From: Octopus vulgaris
Lineage: Eukaryota
Direction of reading: 5' to 3'
DNA length: 64,000 bases
NCBI GenBank assembly: GCA_951406725.2
Contig: OX597836.1
Coordinates: 20,150,001 to 20,214,000, forward strand
Part shown: piece after piece, positions 11,464 through 24,459 of the stretch
Layout of the letters: each line of letters begins with the position of its first letter
How positions within the stretch are numbered: the first letter of the stretch is position 1
Notes under the pieces: model-generated
What the model was told of the DNA's origin: nothing
What the model saw: only the letters and a program-made list of their open reading frames with translations
Databases searched by the model: none
Made by a program: the position numbers and the translations under genes

Positions 11464-11753
11464 GTTGTTGTTTGTTCCTTCTTGAGCTATGCCTGGCTCA
11501 TAAGGACGGGTTTCCAGGTTTCATCAGCATATAGGTTCCCCATCTAGATGGGAAGCCGGTCTGTCGCAGGTAAGCTGCTAGACGCAGGAGAAAAGAGTGA
11601 CAGAAAGTTGTGGCAGAAGTTTGCCATTTCTGTCTGCTGGAGCTGCAAGAGCGTAGGTGTTTCATTCATAAACACACATTGCCGCTCTGGGATACGAACC
11701 TGTGATCTCTCGACCGCAAGTCTGCTTCTCTAACCACTAGGCCATGTGCCTCC
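11464..11753 (-). mobile_element. tRNA-headed SINE family V (V-domain-like core)
   Basis: Minus strand ggaggcacaTGGCCTAGTGGttag..GGTTCGTATCCC, later cctgcgacagaccggcttcccatc, and a (CAA)n tail. Confidence 0.7.
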
Positions 11754-11755
11754 AC

Positions 11756-11806
<51 letters not shown>

Positions 11807-11880
11807 TATATGTGTGTGTGTGTATATATGTATATGTGTGTATGTATATATATGTGTATATATAGATGTATAAGTATATA

Positions 11881-11914
<34 letters not shown>

Positions 11915-11917
<3 letters not shown>

Positions 11918-12085
11918 AAAAGGAACAACAAAAGAATGAGGCCTCAATATTAGATAAATAGAGGTTTACATATGTTATGATTTAGAATAAACAGTAAAAG
12001 GATGTCATTATAGCACTCAGAGGTTTGAATGTTGGAGTGAAGAGCTACGATACATTTTTGGCGGCTTTTAATAGCAATAGACGTT
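11915..12085 (-). mobile_element. Old relative of the HH-B element at 42654-42889, between (TA)n tracts
   Basis: Shares acaaaaga..gcctcaatatta..taaatagagg and a decayed actcagaggtttgaatgttggagtgaa segment with the 42.7-kb element. Confidence 0.5.
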
Positions 12086-12569
12086 ATGAAAAACTGTTGA
12101 ATAAAAAGTAAGTTAGTCTAATATATATATATACACATACACACACACAACAGGCTTCTTTCAGTTTCCATGTACCAAATCCACTCACAAGATTTTGGTT
12201 GGCCTGAGGGTATAGTAGAAGCCACTTGCCCAATGTGCCCATCATTATCGTTTAACATCTATTTTCCATGCGTGCAGGAGTAGGAAAGTTGACAGGAGCT
12301 GGCCAGGTAGAAAAACTACCCTAGGCTACTGTGTGTTTTGGCAGGGTTTTTACCTCTGCAGAGTGGACTCAGTGCTTTTTATGTGGCACTAGCACAGGTG
12401 AAGTTAGTTTCAGCATGATTTTTTACAGCTGGATGCCCTTCCAAATGCCAACCATGTTACAGTGTGGACTGGTTGCTTTTAAGTTGGCACCAGCATTGGT
12501 AGGATAACCAAGTGACTTGCAAGACAGGGAATTATGAGAATTATATGATAAAGAGAAAACGGGTATGCT

Positions 12570-12865
12570 ATTCAATGCTCTACCACCTCTACTTAGACAT
12601 TCATTCCAACCCACTCCTTTCCTCTTATTACTCTCTTCCCCACCCTGGGCTCTACACTTATCACTATGCTCTCCCACCCTAAGTTCTTCAACCCCAGATT
12701 ATTGGTTTTCTGAGACTCCCTCCTTGATTCACGTCTTGCCTGCAAGTATTGACTTGCAAAGGTTCGAGAGGAAAATTAATGGTACTGTGTTTCACTAGTC
12801 TTGGAAGCTCTGCGAATGTCATTGGCTGTTTCCCCTTTCTCCAGAGTCTTATATTTGTTTTAATA
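12570..12865 (+). mobile_element. Decayed 3' end of a CR1/L2-group LINE
   Basis: Peptide remnant HVLPASIDLQRFERKIN before the stop resembles CR1/L2 ORF2 C-termini, followed by a short UTR ending in aataaa. Recognised by eye only. Confidence 0.5.
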
Positions 12866-13059
12866 AATCCTGGAGCACTTTTGTGAATAACTCCTGCATT
12901 GACCAGACAGTATTGTGATGCATTTCATTAATGAATGCCTATTTCATCATGTGTGTGTGTTATTTGCTCTGTTTGTTTTTTATAATAGAGCTTCACGCGA
13001 TAAAGCTATAAATATAAGCATGTAAATACTAGGTTAAAAAAACCCTTTCAATCAAAGCC

Positions 13060-13093
<34 letters not shown>

Positions 13094-13593
13094 ATGTATA
13101 ATGGTATCAAAAAATCAATAAGTAAATTTGTGGTAAATATGCTCACTTGTGCATATGTAATAAGCATACATCCAGCTTCGTTACATATAGATAGCTGTTG
13201 TGTTTAGACCACAGGGTTCTCTCTCTGCAGAAGTGGTTTAACTGCAGGATCTATTTACACAGGATGTATGTGTGTTTATTAAGCATGTGCATGTGAATTT
13301 ATTCACAATATTTATGTGTGATGATGAAAAATAAATATCAAAGTTAAATATATATATATATATATATAAAAAAAAAAATGACTTCATAAAGATAACTAAT
13401 GTGTGATAGCTAAATGTTTCTTTTAGTTACTCATGCTTTTAGGAGCCAAATGTTTGTTTATGGTAGAAAGAAGAAAAATTGGTATTACATACATCTATGT
13501 GCAGTATATATTTGTGTGTGTGTGGAGAGAGAGAGAGACACATGGTGAGATTTGTACATATATGTACAAAAATGTGTTTATAATCTGTGTGTG

Positions 13594-13697
13594 TATACAT
13601 ACATACATATACATACATACATATATACATACATACATACATATATACATACATATATATATACTTACATATATATACACACATATATATACATACA

Positions 13698-13733
<36 letters not shown>

Positions 13734-13950
13734 TATATACACATACATATATATATATATACACATACATATATATATATATATACACATACATACATAT
13801 ATATATATACACATACATACATACATATATATATACACATACATACATATATATATATATACACATACATACATATATATATATACACATACATACATAT
13901 ATATATACACATACATACATATATATATATATACATACATATATATATAT

Positions 13951-13995
<45 letters not shown>

Positions 13996-14052
13996 AACAT
14001 ATATATATATATAATATACATATATATACACACATATATATATATATACATA

Positions 14053-14119
<67 letters not shown>

Positions 14120-14147
14120 GCTTATGTGCTCTGTTCATTTGTGTGTC

Positions 14148-14192
<45 letters not shown>
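13594..14192. repeat. ~600-bp compound (TA)n/(TACA)n/(CA)n microsatellite
   Basis: Visible directly. It produces the spurious 157-216 aa YI/HT/CV ORFs. Confidence 0.97.
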
Positions 14193-14197
<5 letters not shown>

Positions 14198-14575
14198 TTT
14201 AAATATATATACCGACAATAGGAATTAAACTGAACCTGTTGAACTCAACTGACCACATTTACAGAACCGGAAACAAAGCAGACCCATGGTGTTTAGACCA
14301 ACATTGTTAATCATATATATAAAAAAATACACATATATATATACCCATATATATATATATATATGCACACATAAATCAATGGGCTATAACAGACTATCCT
14401 TTATTGAATTTTAAATCAATTTGTGTATTGGGAAAGAGAGGGTGGCAGAGGAGGAAGGGAGAAAAAGGAAGAGGAGAGAAGGAAAGTTCTGGAACTCATG
14501 ATTTTTATTTGTATAAACTTACCCAGGGAAGTTATAGCATTTGATGAGTCAAACAAGGCAGCAGTGGAGTATTAA

Positions 14576-14795
14576 CCCTTTAACATTTATACAAGCCATA
14601 TCAAGTCCAAATATTCTGCCAGTTTTATGTTTAAACTAACCAGATCCAGCCTCTCGCACCTATCCTATAATGTCATTCTAAAAATAAACAATCACATCAT
14701 CGAAATCTCAAAACTACAAGATAATGCATAATTAATTCAAAACAATGTGAATAAATATGCATTGCTTTTGATGGAATAATCTGAATGCTAAAGGG
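14576..14795. mobile_element. piggyBac-type MITE family P1 (220 bp)
   Basis: TTAA|ccctttaacatt...aatgctaaaggg|TTAA. Confidence 0.9.
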
Positions 14796-15361
14796 TTAAA
14801 AGTAGTGTGAGAATTGGCTGCACTTTCTAGCACTTAAGCTGACCACATATAGAGGATTCCTCATCAGCATCATCAACCAATTGTTTCTACAGCTTTGACT
14901 TTTTTTGTCTTCCTGTGATTTTGATGTGAATTGAACCCATTTGTTTGTCAACCAGGCAAATAGCAACAAGCAAAGTGTTGTTTGCCAGGGACTCTGTACT
15001 AAGAACACCATATGATTTGAACTCCTAACCATGTAGTCTTCAGGCAGATTTTTGATTGCCACCTCATGGAGCACAATGTCTATAACAATACACCCCCACC
15101 CATTCCATCATAGGATGGATGAAGGCTTATTGTTGAAGCATTGTTTTACAGCTGGATCAGGATGCTCTTCCTGTTGCTAATCCTTAATGCTTTTGAAATG
15201 GGATTTTTTTTAACATTCTTGTCTTCAAAAATGCTGAGGTAATGGATGATTTATTGACAGTGGATTGTCCAGCTAACATCAGTGTATTTGCTTGAGCAAT
15301 TTCATGCAAATATGACACAGAATGTAAACACACACACACACATATATATATATATGTATAA

Positions 15362-15585
15362 AGCACCATCTGATCGTGGCCGTTTGCCAGACTTGTCTGG
15401 CACCTGTGCCGGTGGCACGTAAAAAGCACCCACTACACTCAGTGGTTGGCGTTAGGAAGGGCATCCAGTCGTAGAAACATTGCTAGATCAGACTGGGCCT
15501 GGTGCAGCCTTCTGGCTTCCCAGACCCCAGTTGAACCGTCCAACCCATGCTAGCATGGAAAGCGGATGCTAAACGATGATGATGA
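15362..15585 (+). mobile_element. SINE-like family M with one 62-bp-type unit
   Basis: agcaccatctgatcgtggccgtttgccag...ggaagggcatcc...gatgatgatgat. Confidence 0.85.
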
Positions 15586-15589
15586 TATA

Positions 15590-15840
15590 TGAAGGCACAT
15601 ATCCTAGTGGTTATTCTGTTGCACTCGCAATCACTAGATCCTGGGTTTAGTTCCCAGACTGGGTGCTACATTGTGTTCTTGAGCAAACCACTTTATTTCA
15701 CATTGCTCCGGTCTCCCTTTTGATCAGTGGGGAATGTTGGCCTGCTCACCTAGCCAGCAGGGTGGCATCATTCAAAGAATGAAATGATGCAAAACGTATT
15801 GTGATCAGTGACATGTAACAACATCTAGTTGGTCATGTGA
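15590..15840 (+). mobile_element. tRNA-headed SINE with a V-like head and alternative tail; related copies at 24607-24833 (+) and 41386-41610 (-)
   Basis: gaaggcacat..ctagtggtt..gttcttgagcaaa..gccagcaggg tggcatcatt..gtaacaacatct is shared among the three copies. Confidence 0.7.
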
Positions 15841-17430
15841 TTTATATATAAATATATATGGGAACCTAAAACCACATGTCTACAAAGCAGAATTCTTAAC
15901 CACATAACCATACCTACACCTATAGCACATAGATTAAATATTCTTCTTGCTATTGAGTTAATGAGAGCTACCTTTACATGGTCTCTCATCTTACTAAAAC
16001 TAGCAACTAAATCTCTCTCAGACCACATATTCTACTATCATAAAAATAGAGAGGACACATTCGCTAATATAGTCCAAAGTACTCTTATAAAGATGAAGTG
16101 GTCATGGTTAGAACGAGTGTCTTTCATCAGGGTTGACATAAGGCTACACAACAACAGCTGCAATTAGCACAATTCTTTACAGTATTTCTTTCAGCTCCTT
16201 GAGTTCAAATTCCCACCAAGGTCAAGTTTTCCTTTCACCCTTCTGGGTGTCGATAAAATACAGTCCCAGTCTATGGTATTGGACTGGTGATATATATGTA
16301 GAATGCTACATGACACACCCTGTAGTATTGGTTCTTTGTGTTCTGAGTTCAAATCCCACCGTGGTAGCCAATTTGGTTAGTAGAATTCAGTCCATTATCC
16401 AATTTAACACTAGTATCTGCCTGGTTTGCATTTTAACCAAAGAATCCAATTTGTTTGCAAGCATTTGAGCCAGGTCTCTGATTGAGGAAATCTTCCTCTC
16501 TCTCTCTTTCCTTCCCACTTCTCTTGGAGACCTTGTAATGGGTCATGGACTCTGCCCCCCCCCTCTCCACACCAAAACAAAACTCAACTGCAAATCCCCC
16601 CAACTGTCCTAACTTTGGTCATTCCATCTGTGATAATTAGATAGTGAAGCAGTAGTCTGATGCATCATTGTTGCCATATTACTGCCATTGCTTGATAATA
16701 TCTCATGTTTTGGAATAAAATATTAATAGAAAGTTTTATACTCATTGCTTCAAGATTATTATGAAACACACTCAAGTACCATCACACATGCACACGTGTG
16801 TGCATCTGTGTGTATATTGTCTGTAAAAGATTGTCATTCATAAGTGTTGCTGGCTCCCATCTTCTGTGTGTAGCTTTTAATCTGTCATATAGAATATATT
16901 GTCTCTTGTGCATGTTTTGAAACATGAATGAGTCACTGCTGGCTGTAGACTGAAAGAGGGTGGAGTCTTCCAACATAACTCTAGTCCTTGGTGATGGTAG
17001 TAATGTTGATAGTGGTAGGGTGACTGGGGATGGGGAGGGATAGATATTAGAGGTAAATGGTACAGGGTGGGTGGGAAAGGAAGGAAGGAGGAAATATAGT
17101 TAGTTCTGCATTAAAGGTGAAAAAAAAGGGGGTAAAAATAACAGCCCCCCCCCCCTATAATAAAACAGCTGTTTAGCTGTAAATTTTCTTTTTTGTTGTA
17201 TTTTAAACTTCTGTAATGTGCTTATAACCAGCTCTCTCACTTTCTTTCTTCCTCTCTCCTTCTTTGGCTTTTTCATTCTCGCTGTAATTGGATTAAAGAA
17301 TATTTGTCTGGAGACAGCACAGAGTTTATGGAAATGGAAATAATGACTGTTTCTCAAATTGTTAAAATTCTATAGTTTCGTTGTTCTCCCAGGTCAACAG
17401 CCCCTCACAGAACAAAGCCATGATTATTAA

Positions 17431-17893
17431 CCCTTTTGATGCTAATCTGTCTCAGACGGGCCCCTGAGACCTATGGTATAACCATCTTGTTTTGAAGTTA
17501 TCTAAATTTAAATCTTCCATCAAAATTTCATATTAGCCCTTTTGTTACCATATTTCTGTTGAAATACAATGCCTTTGTGTCAGGTTTGAAAATAAAGAAG
17601 AATTTGATAAAATATCTTTGTCATTATTAAGTTTGTGTTTGGAACATTTTAATAAAGGGTTTTGAGATCACCTTGAATCAGGAGCAAAATTGATTGGGTT
17701 GATATCAGAAAAGTTTTGTTCCAGTGAATGTGTGGTATGTAGCTTGCTTCCCAACCACATGGTTCTGTGTTCGATCTCACTGCATGACACGTTGGACAAG
17801 TGTCTTCTACTCTTACCTTGAGCTGACCAAAGCTTTGTGAGTGGATTAAGTAAATGGAATCTGAAAGAAACCTGTTGTGTGTGTTTGTGTGTG

Positions 17894-17936
<43 letters not shown>

Positions 17937-18063
17937 CTTTACTATCCACAAGGGGCTAAACACAGAGGGAACAAACAAGGACAGACAAAGGGATTAAGTC
18001 GATTACATCGACCCCAGTGCGTAACTGGTACTTAATTTATCGACATATATATATATGTATGTA

Positions 18064-18100
<37 letters not shown>

Positions 18101-18393
18101 CTTTGTGCCTGTTTGTCCTCGTTCACCACTTGACAACCAGTGTTAGTTTCTTTATGTCCCCATAGCTTAGCAGTTTGGCAAAAGCAACTGATAAAAATGT
18201 CCTGAGGTTGATTCATTCAACTAAAAGTTGTTCAAGGCAGTGCCCCAGCATGGTCACAATCTAATGACTGAAATAGACGAAAGATAAAAATTGAATAATC
18301 TTGACAAAGTAATTTTAGTAATTTCTTTCCTATCTTACAAAATTAATTGAAACTGTGGCAGTGTATTCCAGCATAAATATGGTAACAAAAGGG
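17431..18393. mobile_element. Nested cluster: P2 MITE split by an inverted P2 copy and a family A SINE, which itself contains a Nin-type SINE fragment
   Basis: Outer ends TTAA|cccttttga (17431) and atatggtaacaaaaggg (18393). Inner cccttttgttaccatat starts at 17537. SINE A spans ~17722-18290 and the Nin fragment ~17935-18044. Confidence 0.75.
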
Positions 18394-19057
18394 TGAAAGG
18401 CATTTCAGCTGTTATCTCTCTGTCCCCTTCACTCAATCATTGTGTATCCAGGACCAACTACATTATTTAAAGAGTTTCTTCTCTTCTGAATACAGTAGGG
18501 TGTCATTTACAGATAATTTGGTTACTCTTTCTAGCAGATCAAGTGACCACGCAGAAATTGCAGTAGTCTTTTCAGATTTCAGCAGCCAGGCAGACTTTAG
18601 ACTGGTTCCAATAATAATTCATAATCGTTTCCCATTAAGCTAAATTGTGCATTAACATTTTGAAAATCATCTGGTTTGTGTTTATTTTATGCAAATTACT
18701 GAATCAATTCACATGTTGAATTTAGAATAAATTACTGAAGAACCAAACAACCAGGCTCGTTGCTTTCTCTAATTAACTTGTTGATGCAATTGCTTTAATT
18801 AGTTCAGCTATCATGTCATGTAAGGAGAATGTATACATTTTAAGTTGAGTGTTGTTTTTGGTGACTTATTTTTTAACATTTGTCTTGTGGATTAAGGATT
18901 AACTCAGGTTTGAGAATCCTATCAAATATTTAATTTTTAAGGATCAAGCCATGACTGTGTTCCTTTATTCGACTGTGATCATGCTGGAGCACATTCAAAT
19001 TTTAGTGCTTACACATGCACAGGTATGGCCTTATAGGCACAGACGTGGTTATATAGA

Positions 19058-19219
19058 CACAGGCATGGCTGTGTGGTAAGAAACTTGCTTCCCAACCACA
19101 TGGTTCCGGGTTCAGTTCCACTGCGTGACACCTTGGGCAAGTGTCTTCTACTATAGCCTCGTTTTGACCAAAGCCTTATGAGTAGATTTGATAGGCAGAA
19201 ACTGAAAGAAGCCTGTCGT
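19058..19219 (+). mobile_element. SINE family A, 5' half
   Basis: cacaggcatggctgtgtggtaag...gaaactgaaagaagcctgtcgt. Confidence 0.8.
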
Positions 19220-19900
19220 GTTGCATAACTCGCACCTGTGCTGGTATCGCGCAATAGATGTAAATGAGTGTCACTATCGTGCATGTGGTATCCTTCATTC
19301 CCAATCTTCTATGAAGACATGTCCAATCATGGAGAAATATTACTTCACTTGGAAAGACATAAAGGATAGTGATGACAAGAAGGGTATCTTGCCAAAGAAA
19401 ATCTGCCCCAACAAATTCCTTCCGACACATGCAGACATGGAAAAAGTGGATGCTAAAACAACAATGATTTGCTTCTTCATTCATTCATGCTTTCTCTAGT
19501 ACTTATTGGAGGGGTATGAAAAGCAAAGTCGATCTGAACATAAAGGGACACAACTAGGACAGGATTGAAATACCACAAGGTATTTTCATTCAAAGCAGTG
19601 AATTTTCTACCATTACACATCATCTTTCAACTCTACCCAACTTATTACAGTTGCAGGCTGCCTCATCTTTCCCAATCTTCTGCTCTCCATATAATTTTGC
19701 ACCCCCTTCCTATTCACTCACTTCTATTCTAGCCCTAAGGGACCACCAAGATACCTTACCTTTAATATCTGTCTCTTTGAAGCTCCTTCTGATCACTCTC
19801 TCCCTCCCCTACTAAGTGTGAGTAATCATACAATTCTACAGGAATATGCTCTGTCCACCCCCACACCCACACATACTTTAACTCATTCCCCAGCATAAAC

Positions 19901-20129
19901 CTATTTCTTTACTACCCACAAAGGGCTAAACACAGAGGGGACAAACAAGGACAGACAAACGGATTAAGTCGATTATATCGACCCCGGTGTGTAACTGGTA
20001 CTTAATTTATCGACCCCGAAAGGATGAAAGGCAAAGTCGACCTCGGCGGAATTTGAACTCAGAACGTAGCGGCAGACGAAATACCGCTAGGCATTTCGCC
20101 TGGAGTGCTAACATTTCTGCCAGCTCGCC
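19901..20129 (-). mobile_element. SINE family N (Nin/Deu-like core), full length with target-site duplication
   Basis: Minus strand ggcgagctggcagaa..GAGTTCAAATTCC..gcctttcatcctttcggggtcgataaattaagtaccag. tccccagcata is repeated at 19887-19897 and 20130-20140. Confidence 0.88.
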
Positions 20130-21137
20130 TCCCCAGCATATAGCTGGCCCACTCCCTACTCCCTCAAGGTTTGTAGTCTTGCAAGCTGCATGGTGTCCCC
20201 TTTAGAGCTGGTGACACAAAATAAACACCCAATACACAGTGTAAGGCTATTTGGAAGGGCATCCACCCAGAGAAACCATGCCATAGCAGACATTGGAGCA
20301 TGATGCAGTTCTTGGATCCATTGGACCCTACGAATCCATCCAACTCATGCCAGCATGAAACATGGACGTTAAATGCTGATGATGACACTGATGCGCACGT
20401 GCTTGCACATACACAAATGTCTGTATTCAAAGTTGAAGCTTTCTTTTGTTATTACTCAGTTTCGCATTCCCGGTTTTCACTGCTTGTGGTGTTTTAAAGC
20501 ACGGACAACCATCTCACCTTCACTTTTAAATAGATCTTCAAACTCAACTCTATGTATTGAGTACATATTTCCATCCATTTGTTCACTCAAATATCTATTA
20601 CGTTTTTTTCTTCCAATGTTCACTTTCCCATGCTTGCCTGAGTCAGAATTCATTGTGGTTGGTCTTCTCTAGTTAGATGCCCTTCCTGTCACTAACCCCT
20701 ACCTGCTTTCAACTCGGGTAATAATTTTTTCAAGCCAAACATGTTTTCATGTTGTCCACACAACAAGACTAAAACCACATGGTAGGGAAGCAAGCTTTGT
20801 AATCACAACCATGCCTGTGTGTGCATGTGCGTGTGCGAACATGCATGCACATCTGTGTAAATGTGCTCGTTTATATGGTTTATTTTGAAAGAATTTAATA
20901 TGAAACTGAATACTTTTTAGTAGTGAAAATGTTTATTTAACTTTTTACAGGATGAAAAGTGACTATAACTTCAAAGTTGCAGTCTACTAATTTTTGTCAA
21001 ACTGTACTACGCAAGTGTAGTACAGTCCAACAAAGGCAAACTGAGCTGGCCACATCTTGTAAAAGTTTAATATATATTTTAATGGATTTTTTTAAAATTT
21101 TCAGTTATAATAAAAACAATTTTACATTAAATTTGAT

Positions 21138-21291
21138 GGGTTACTCTATACTTTTATAGAGTACAGATTTATTATTCTTATACAAGGATGTTGTTGACAG
21201 TCACTTCAAAGTTTTGGCTAGCTAGCTAGCTAAGCCATTAAGTCATTGTCCAATGATGTCACTGTCAACAGCATTCTTGTTTAAGAATAAT
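21138..21291. mobile_element. HH-C family element end with a 38-bp fold-back
   Basis: 21171-21208 pairs with 21254-21291 (33 Watson-Crick plus 2 G-T of 38). The sequence is colinear with 4254-4350. Confidence 0.6.
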
Positions 21292-21305
21292 TATATATAT
21301 ATATA

Positions 21306-21531
21306 ATTTCTTTATTGCCCACAAGGGGCTAAACATAGAGGGGACAAACAAGGACAGACAAAAGGATTAAGTCGATTACATCGACCACAGTGCGAAACTG
21401 GTACTTTATTTATAGATCCCGAAAGGATGAAAGGCAAAGTCGACCTCGGCGGAATTTGAACTCAGAACGTAACGACAGACAAAATACCGCTAAGCATTTC
21501 GCCCGGCACACTAACATGTCTGCCAGCTTGC
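21306..21531 (-). mobile_element. SINE family N
   Basis: Colinear with 19901-20129. Confidence 0.85.
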
Positions 21532-21561
21532 TGGCTTTATTTATTTATTTATTTATTGTAT

Positions 21562-21623
<62 letters not shown>

Positions 21624-23025
21624 CTAAATAACCGGCTGCTGTACTGTTTTTTATCTACCAAATTTTGCTCACGGGGTACTTTGATCATCTGGAGACTGTG
21701 GTAAAAGAGATGCTTGTCTAAAGTTTCACACACTGTAGAATGAAATCGGACCCAGAACCAATTATTGTGATTCTTGTTTGTTAACCACAGAGCCATACTT
21801 ACTTCCTGTCTCGTATATATGTTTCTCTGCTCTCTAATGACAATCACTTTTCATTGATTGGTGGCAGAAATTTGTGTTTCCTTTGTAATACTCTTCTTAT
21901 TCTTATTTTATTCTGCTGGAAAATTCTGCAAAGAACTCTGGCAGCAAGAATTCAGTCTATGTTGATTAGATGTATAATTTGCAAGGATAGTATAAAGTCA
22001 TTGGTTGGTTTGTAAAGAAAAATGTCAGGAGAATATCATCTCCATGTTAATTTGTATCTGTCTATATATAAACACTTGTACATGCTCCTGTGAGCATATG
22101 CCATGACTATGCAAGCAGTACTGTGTCGAAATACATTGCGGCGCTAATAAAGTCTGTCTACATGTGTGTGTGTCTGTATCTGTATGTGTGTGTGTGTCTG
22201 TGTGTTCTGCGTATTTTATGAGGATTCTATCTTGAAGTAAATAAGAAAACTGTTTTTTTTTTTTTTTTTTTTTTTATAAATTTTTCATTTCTTGTAATCA
22301 TGCACAAGAAAAAGAAGAAAAAATATATTTTGTGAAGTCTTTGTTGTGTTGTCTGTGAGGTTTGATAAGTCTTCTGTAAAATTGCTATTGTTGTGGTTTG
22401 TGACACTGTTAATGTACCGATATACAATAGTAATAGATACAAGTGCAGTAATTTGGATGAAACCTTGCCAGGTGACTTTGGATTGAGAAAAGAAAATCAT
22501 TGAATACTGAAGGTGAATGGTTTCAGATATGCTGTACATACACATAAACATACATACATATACACAAACGCACACACACACACGCAGAGCATCTATATAT
22601 ACATTTATATGTGTGTGCACAGGCACACATACACACACATAACACAAGAGTTATGCCAAGTGGATGCTGCTGCATGCTGTAACTAGTAGTTACAGTTCTT
22701 GGTGGTGGGATGGCGTGGGATGGAGAAAAACCAGCTATTTTTGACAGTTTTCAACCCTTACTGACCAGCTGAAAATGTTACATGGAGCAGCAATGAAAAG
22801 GTTATCTGTTTAGGAATATGTCATTCTATATGTCACCGACTTTGTATGGCTAAATGGAGGTGAGTTGCTAGGCTTATTAACAATGCAACAGAAAGTAAGT
22901 TAGTTAGTTGCATTACAATAACTTCCAATGTTCTCTGTATGTCTACAAAATATTAAATTAAATCTCTCTCTCTCTCTCTTGTTGCCACCGAATCTTTGGT
23001 TTGCGTTTTTGAGAATTAAACTTAA

Positions 23026-23245
23026 CCCTTTAGCATTCAGATTATTTTGTTAAGCATAATGCTTATTTATTCAAATTGATTTGAATTAATCATGCTTTAC
23101 CTCACTGCTTCTAGATTTCAATGATGAGATAGTATATTTTTAGAACGACCTTGTATGGTAGGTGCGAGAGGCTAAATTTGGTCAGTTTAAACATAAAACT
23201 TGTAGAATATTTGGGCCTGATATGGCCAGTTTAAATGCTAAAGGG
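23026..23245. mobile_element. piggyBac-type MITE family P1 (220 bp)
   Basis: TTAA|ccctttagcatt...aatgctaaaggg|TTAA with a perfect 12-bp TIR. Confidence 0.92.
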
Positions 23246-23275
23246 TTAAGCCACACTCAAGATTTTGGTGTGATT

Positions 23276-23525
23276 CATCATCATCATCATCATCATCATC
23301 GTTTAATGTCCGTTTTCCATGCTAGCATGGGTTGGATAGTTTGATCGGGGTCTGGGAAGCCAGCAGGCTGCACCAGGCTCCAGTCTGATCTGGCAGTGTT
23401 TCTACGGCTGGATGCCCTTCCTAACGTCAACCACTCCAAGACTGTTGTGGGTGCTTTTTACGTGCCACCGGCACAGGTGCCAGGGGAGGCTGACAATGTC
23501 CACAACCTGTTGGGGCTTTTTACGT
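23276..23525 (-). mobile_element. SINE-like family M
   Basis: (cat)n cgtttaatgtccgttttccatgctagc...ggatgcccttcctaac...tacgtgccaccggcacaggtgccag. Confidence 0.85.
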
Positions 23526-24058
23526 GAAAATTATTAAATTCAAAGCTGTGTGGTTTAGAAATATGCTGTTCAACCATTGGTTGAGTCTCAGGTTCAGTTC
23601 CACTGCATGTCAGTACCTTAGGCTACTCTCTTGTACTGTAACCCCAAACCAAAGCCATGTGAGTGCATTTGGTGGAAAGAAACCCCTTATGATGATGATA
23701 TATCATCATCATCATCATTTAATGTCCGTTGTCCATGCTGGCATGGGTTAGATGGTTTGACCAAGGGTTGTAAGCTGGAAGGCTGCACCAGACTCGGGTC
23801 TTTTTTCGGCATGGTTTTCTACAGCTAGATGCCCTTCCTAATGGCAACCACTAATTCCTTTTCTACTTAAAATTTTTGAGAAGAATTTACAACCTTTTGT
23901 TGTTGTTTTCAAACAACTACACCATTTTCAAAGGATCCTACTTTGAGTTTTCCATATAATTTTATCCCCCGGATTTTAGAATCAGTTTATTGCTTATTTT
24001 AGCACAAATAACTTAATGTTAGGAGTTGAAATGATTTTTTATCTAAAAATCCATGTTC

Positions 24059-24459
24059 TACTCTTTTACTCTTTTACTTGTTTCAGTCATTTGACTGCGG
24101 CCATGCTGGAGCACCGCCTTTAATCGAGCAACTCGACCCCAGGACTTATTCTTTTGTAAGCCCAGTACTTATTCTATCGGTCTCTTTTGCCGAACCGCTA
24201 AGTAACGGAGACGTAAACACACCAGCATCGGTTGTCAAGCAATGCTAGGGGGACAAACACACACACGCATATATATATATATATATACATATATACGACG
24301 GGCTTCTTTCAGTTTCCGTCTACCAAATCCACTCACAAGGCTTTGGTCGGCCCGAGGCTATAGTAGAAGACACTTGCCCAAGGTGCCACGCAGTGGGACT
24401 GAACCCGGAACCATGTGGTTGGTAAACAAGCTACTTACCACACAGCCACTCCTGTGCCT
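24059..24459 (-). mobile_element. SINE family A, full-length young copy
   Basis: Near-identical to 1188-1628. Confidence 0.9.

Noticed and set aside
13433-14228. Six long ORFs (157-216 aa)
   Set aside because: They are translations of TA/CA microsatellite open in all frames.
17018-17039. Canonical G-quadruplex motif
   Set aside because: A single isolated motif in low-complexity sequence with no functional context.
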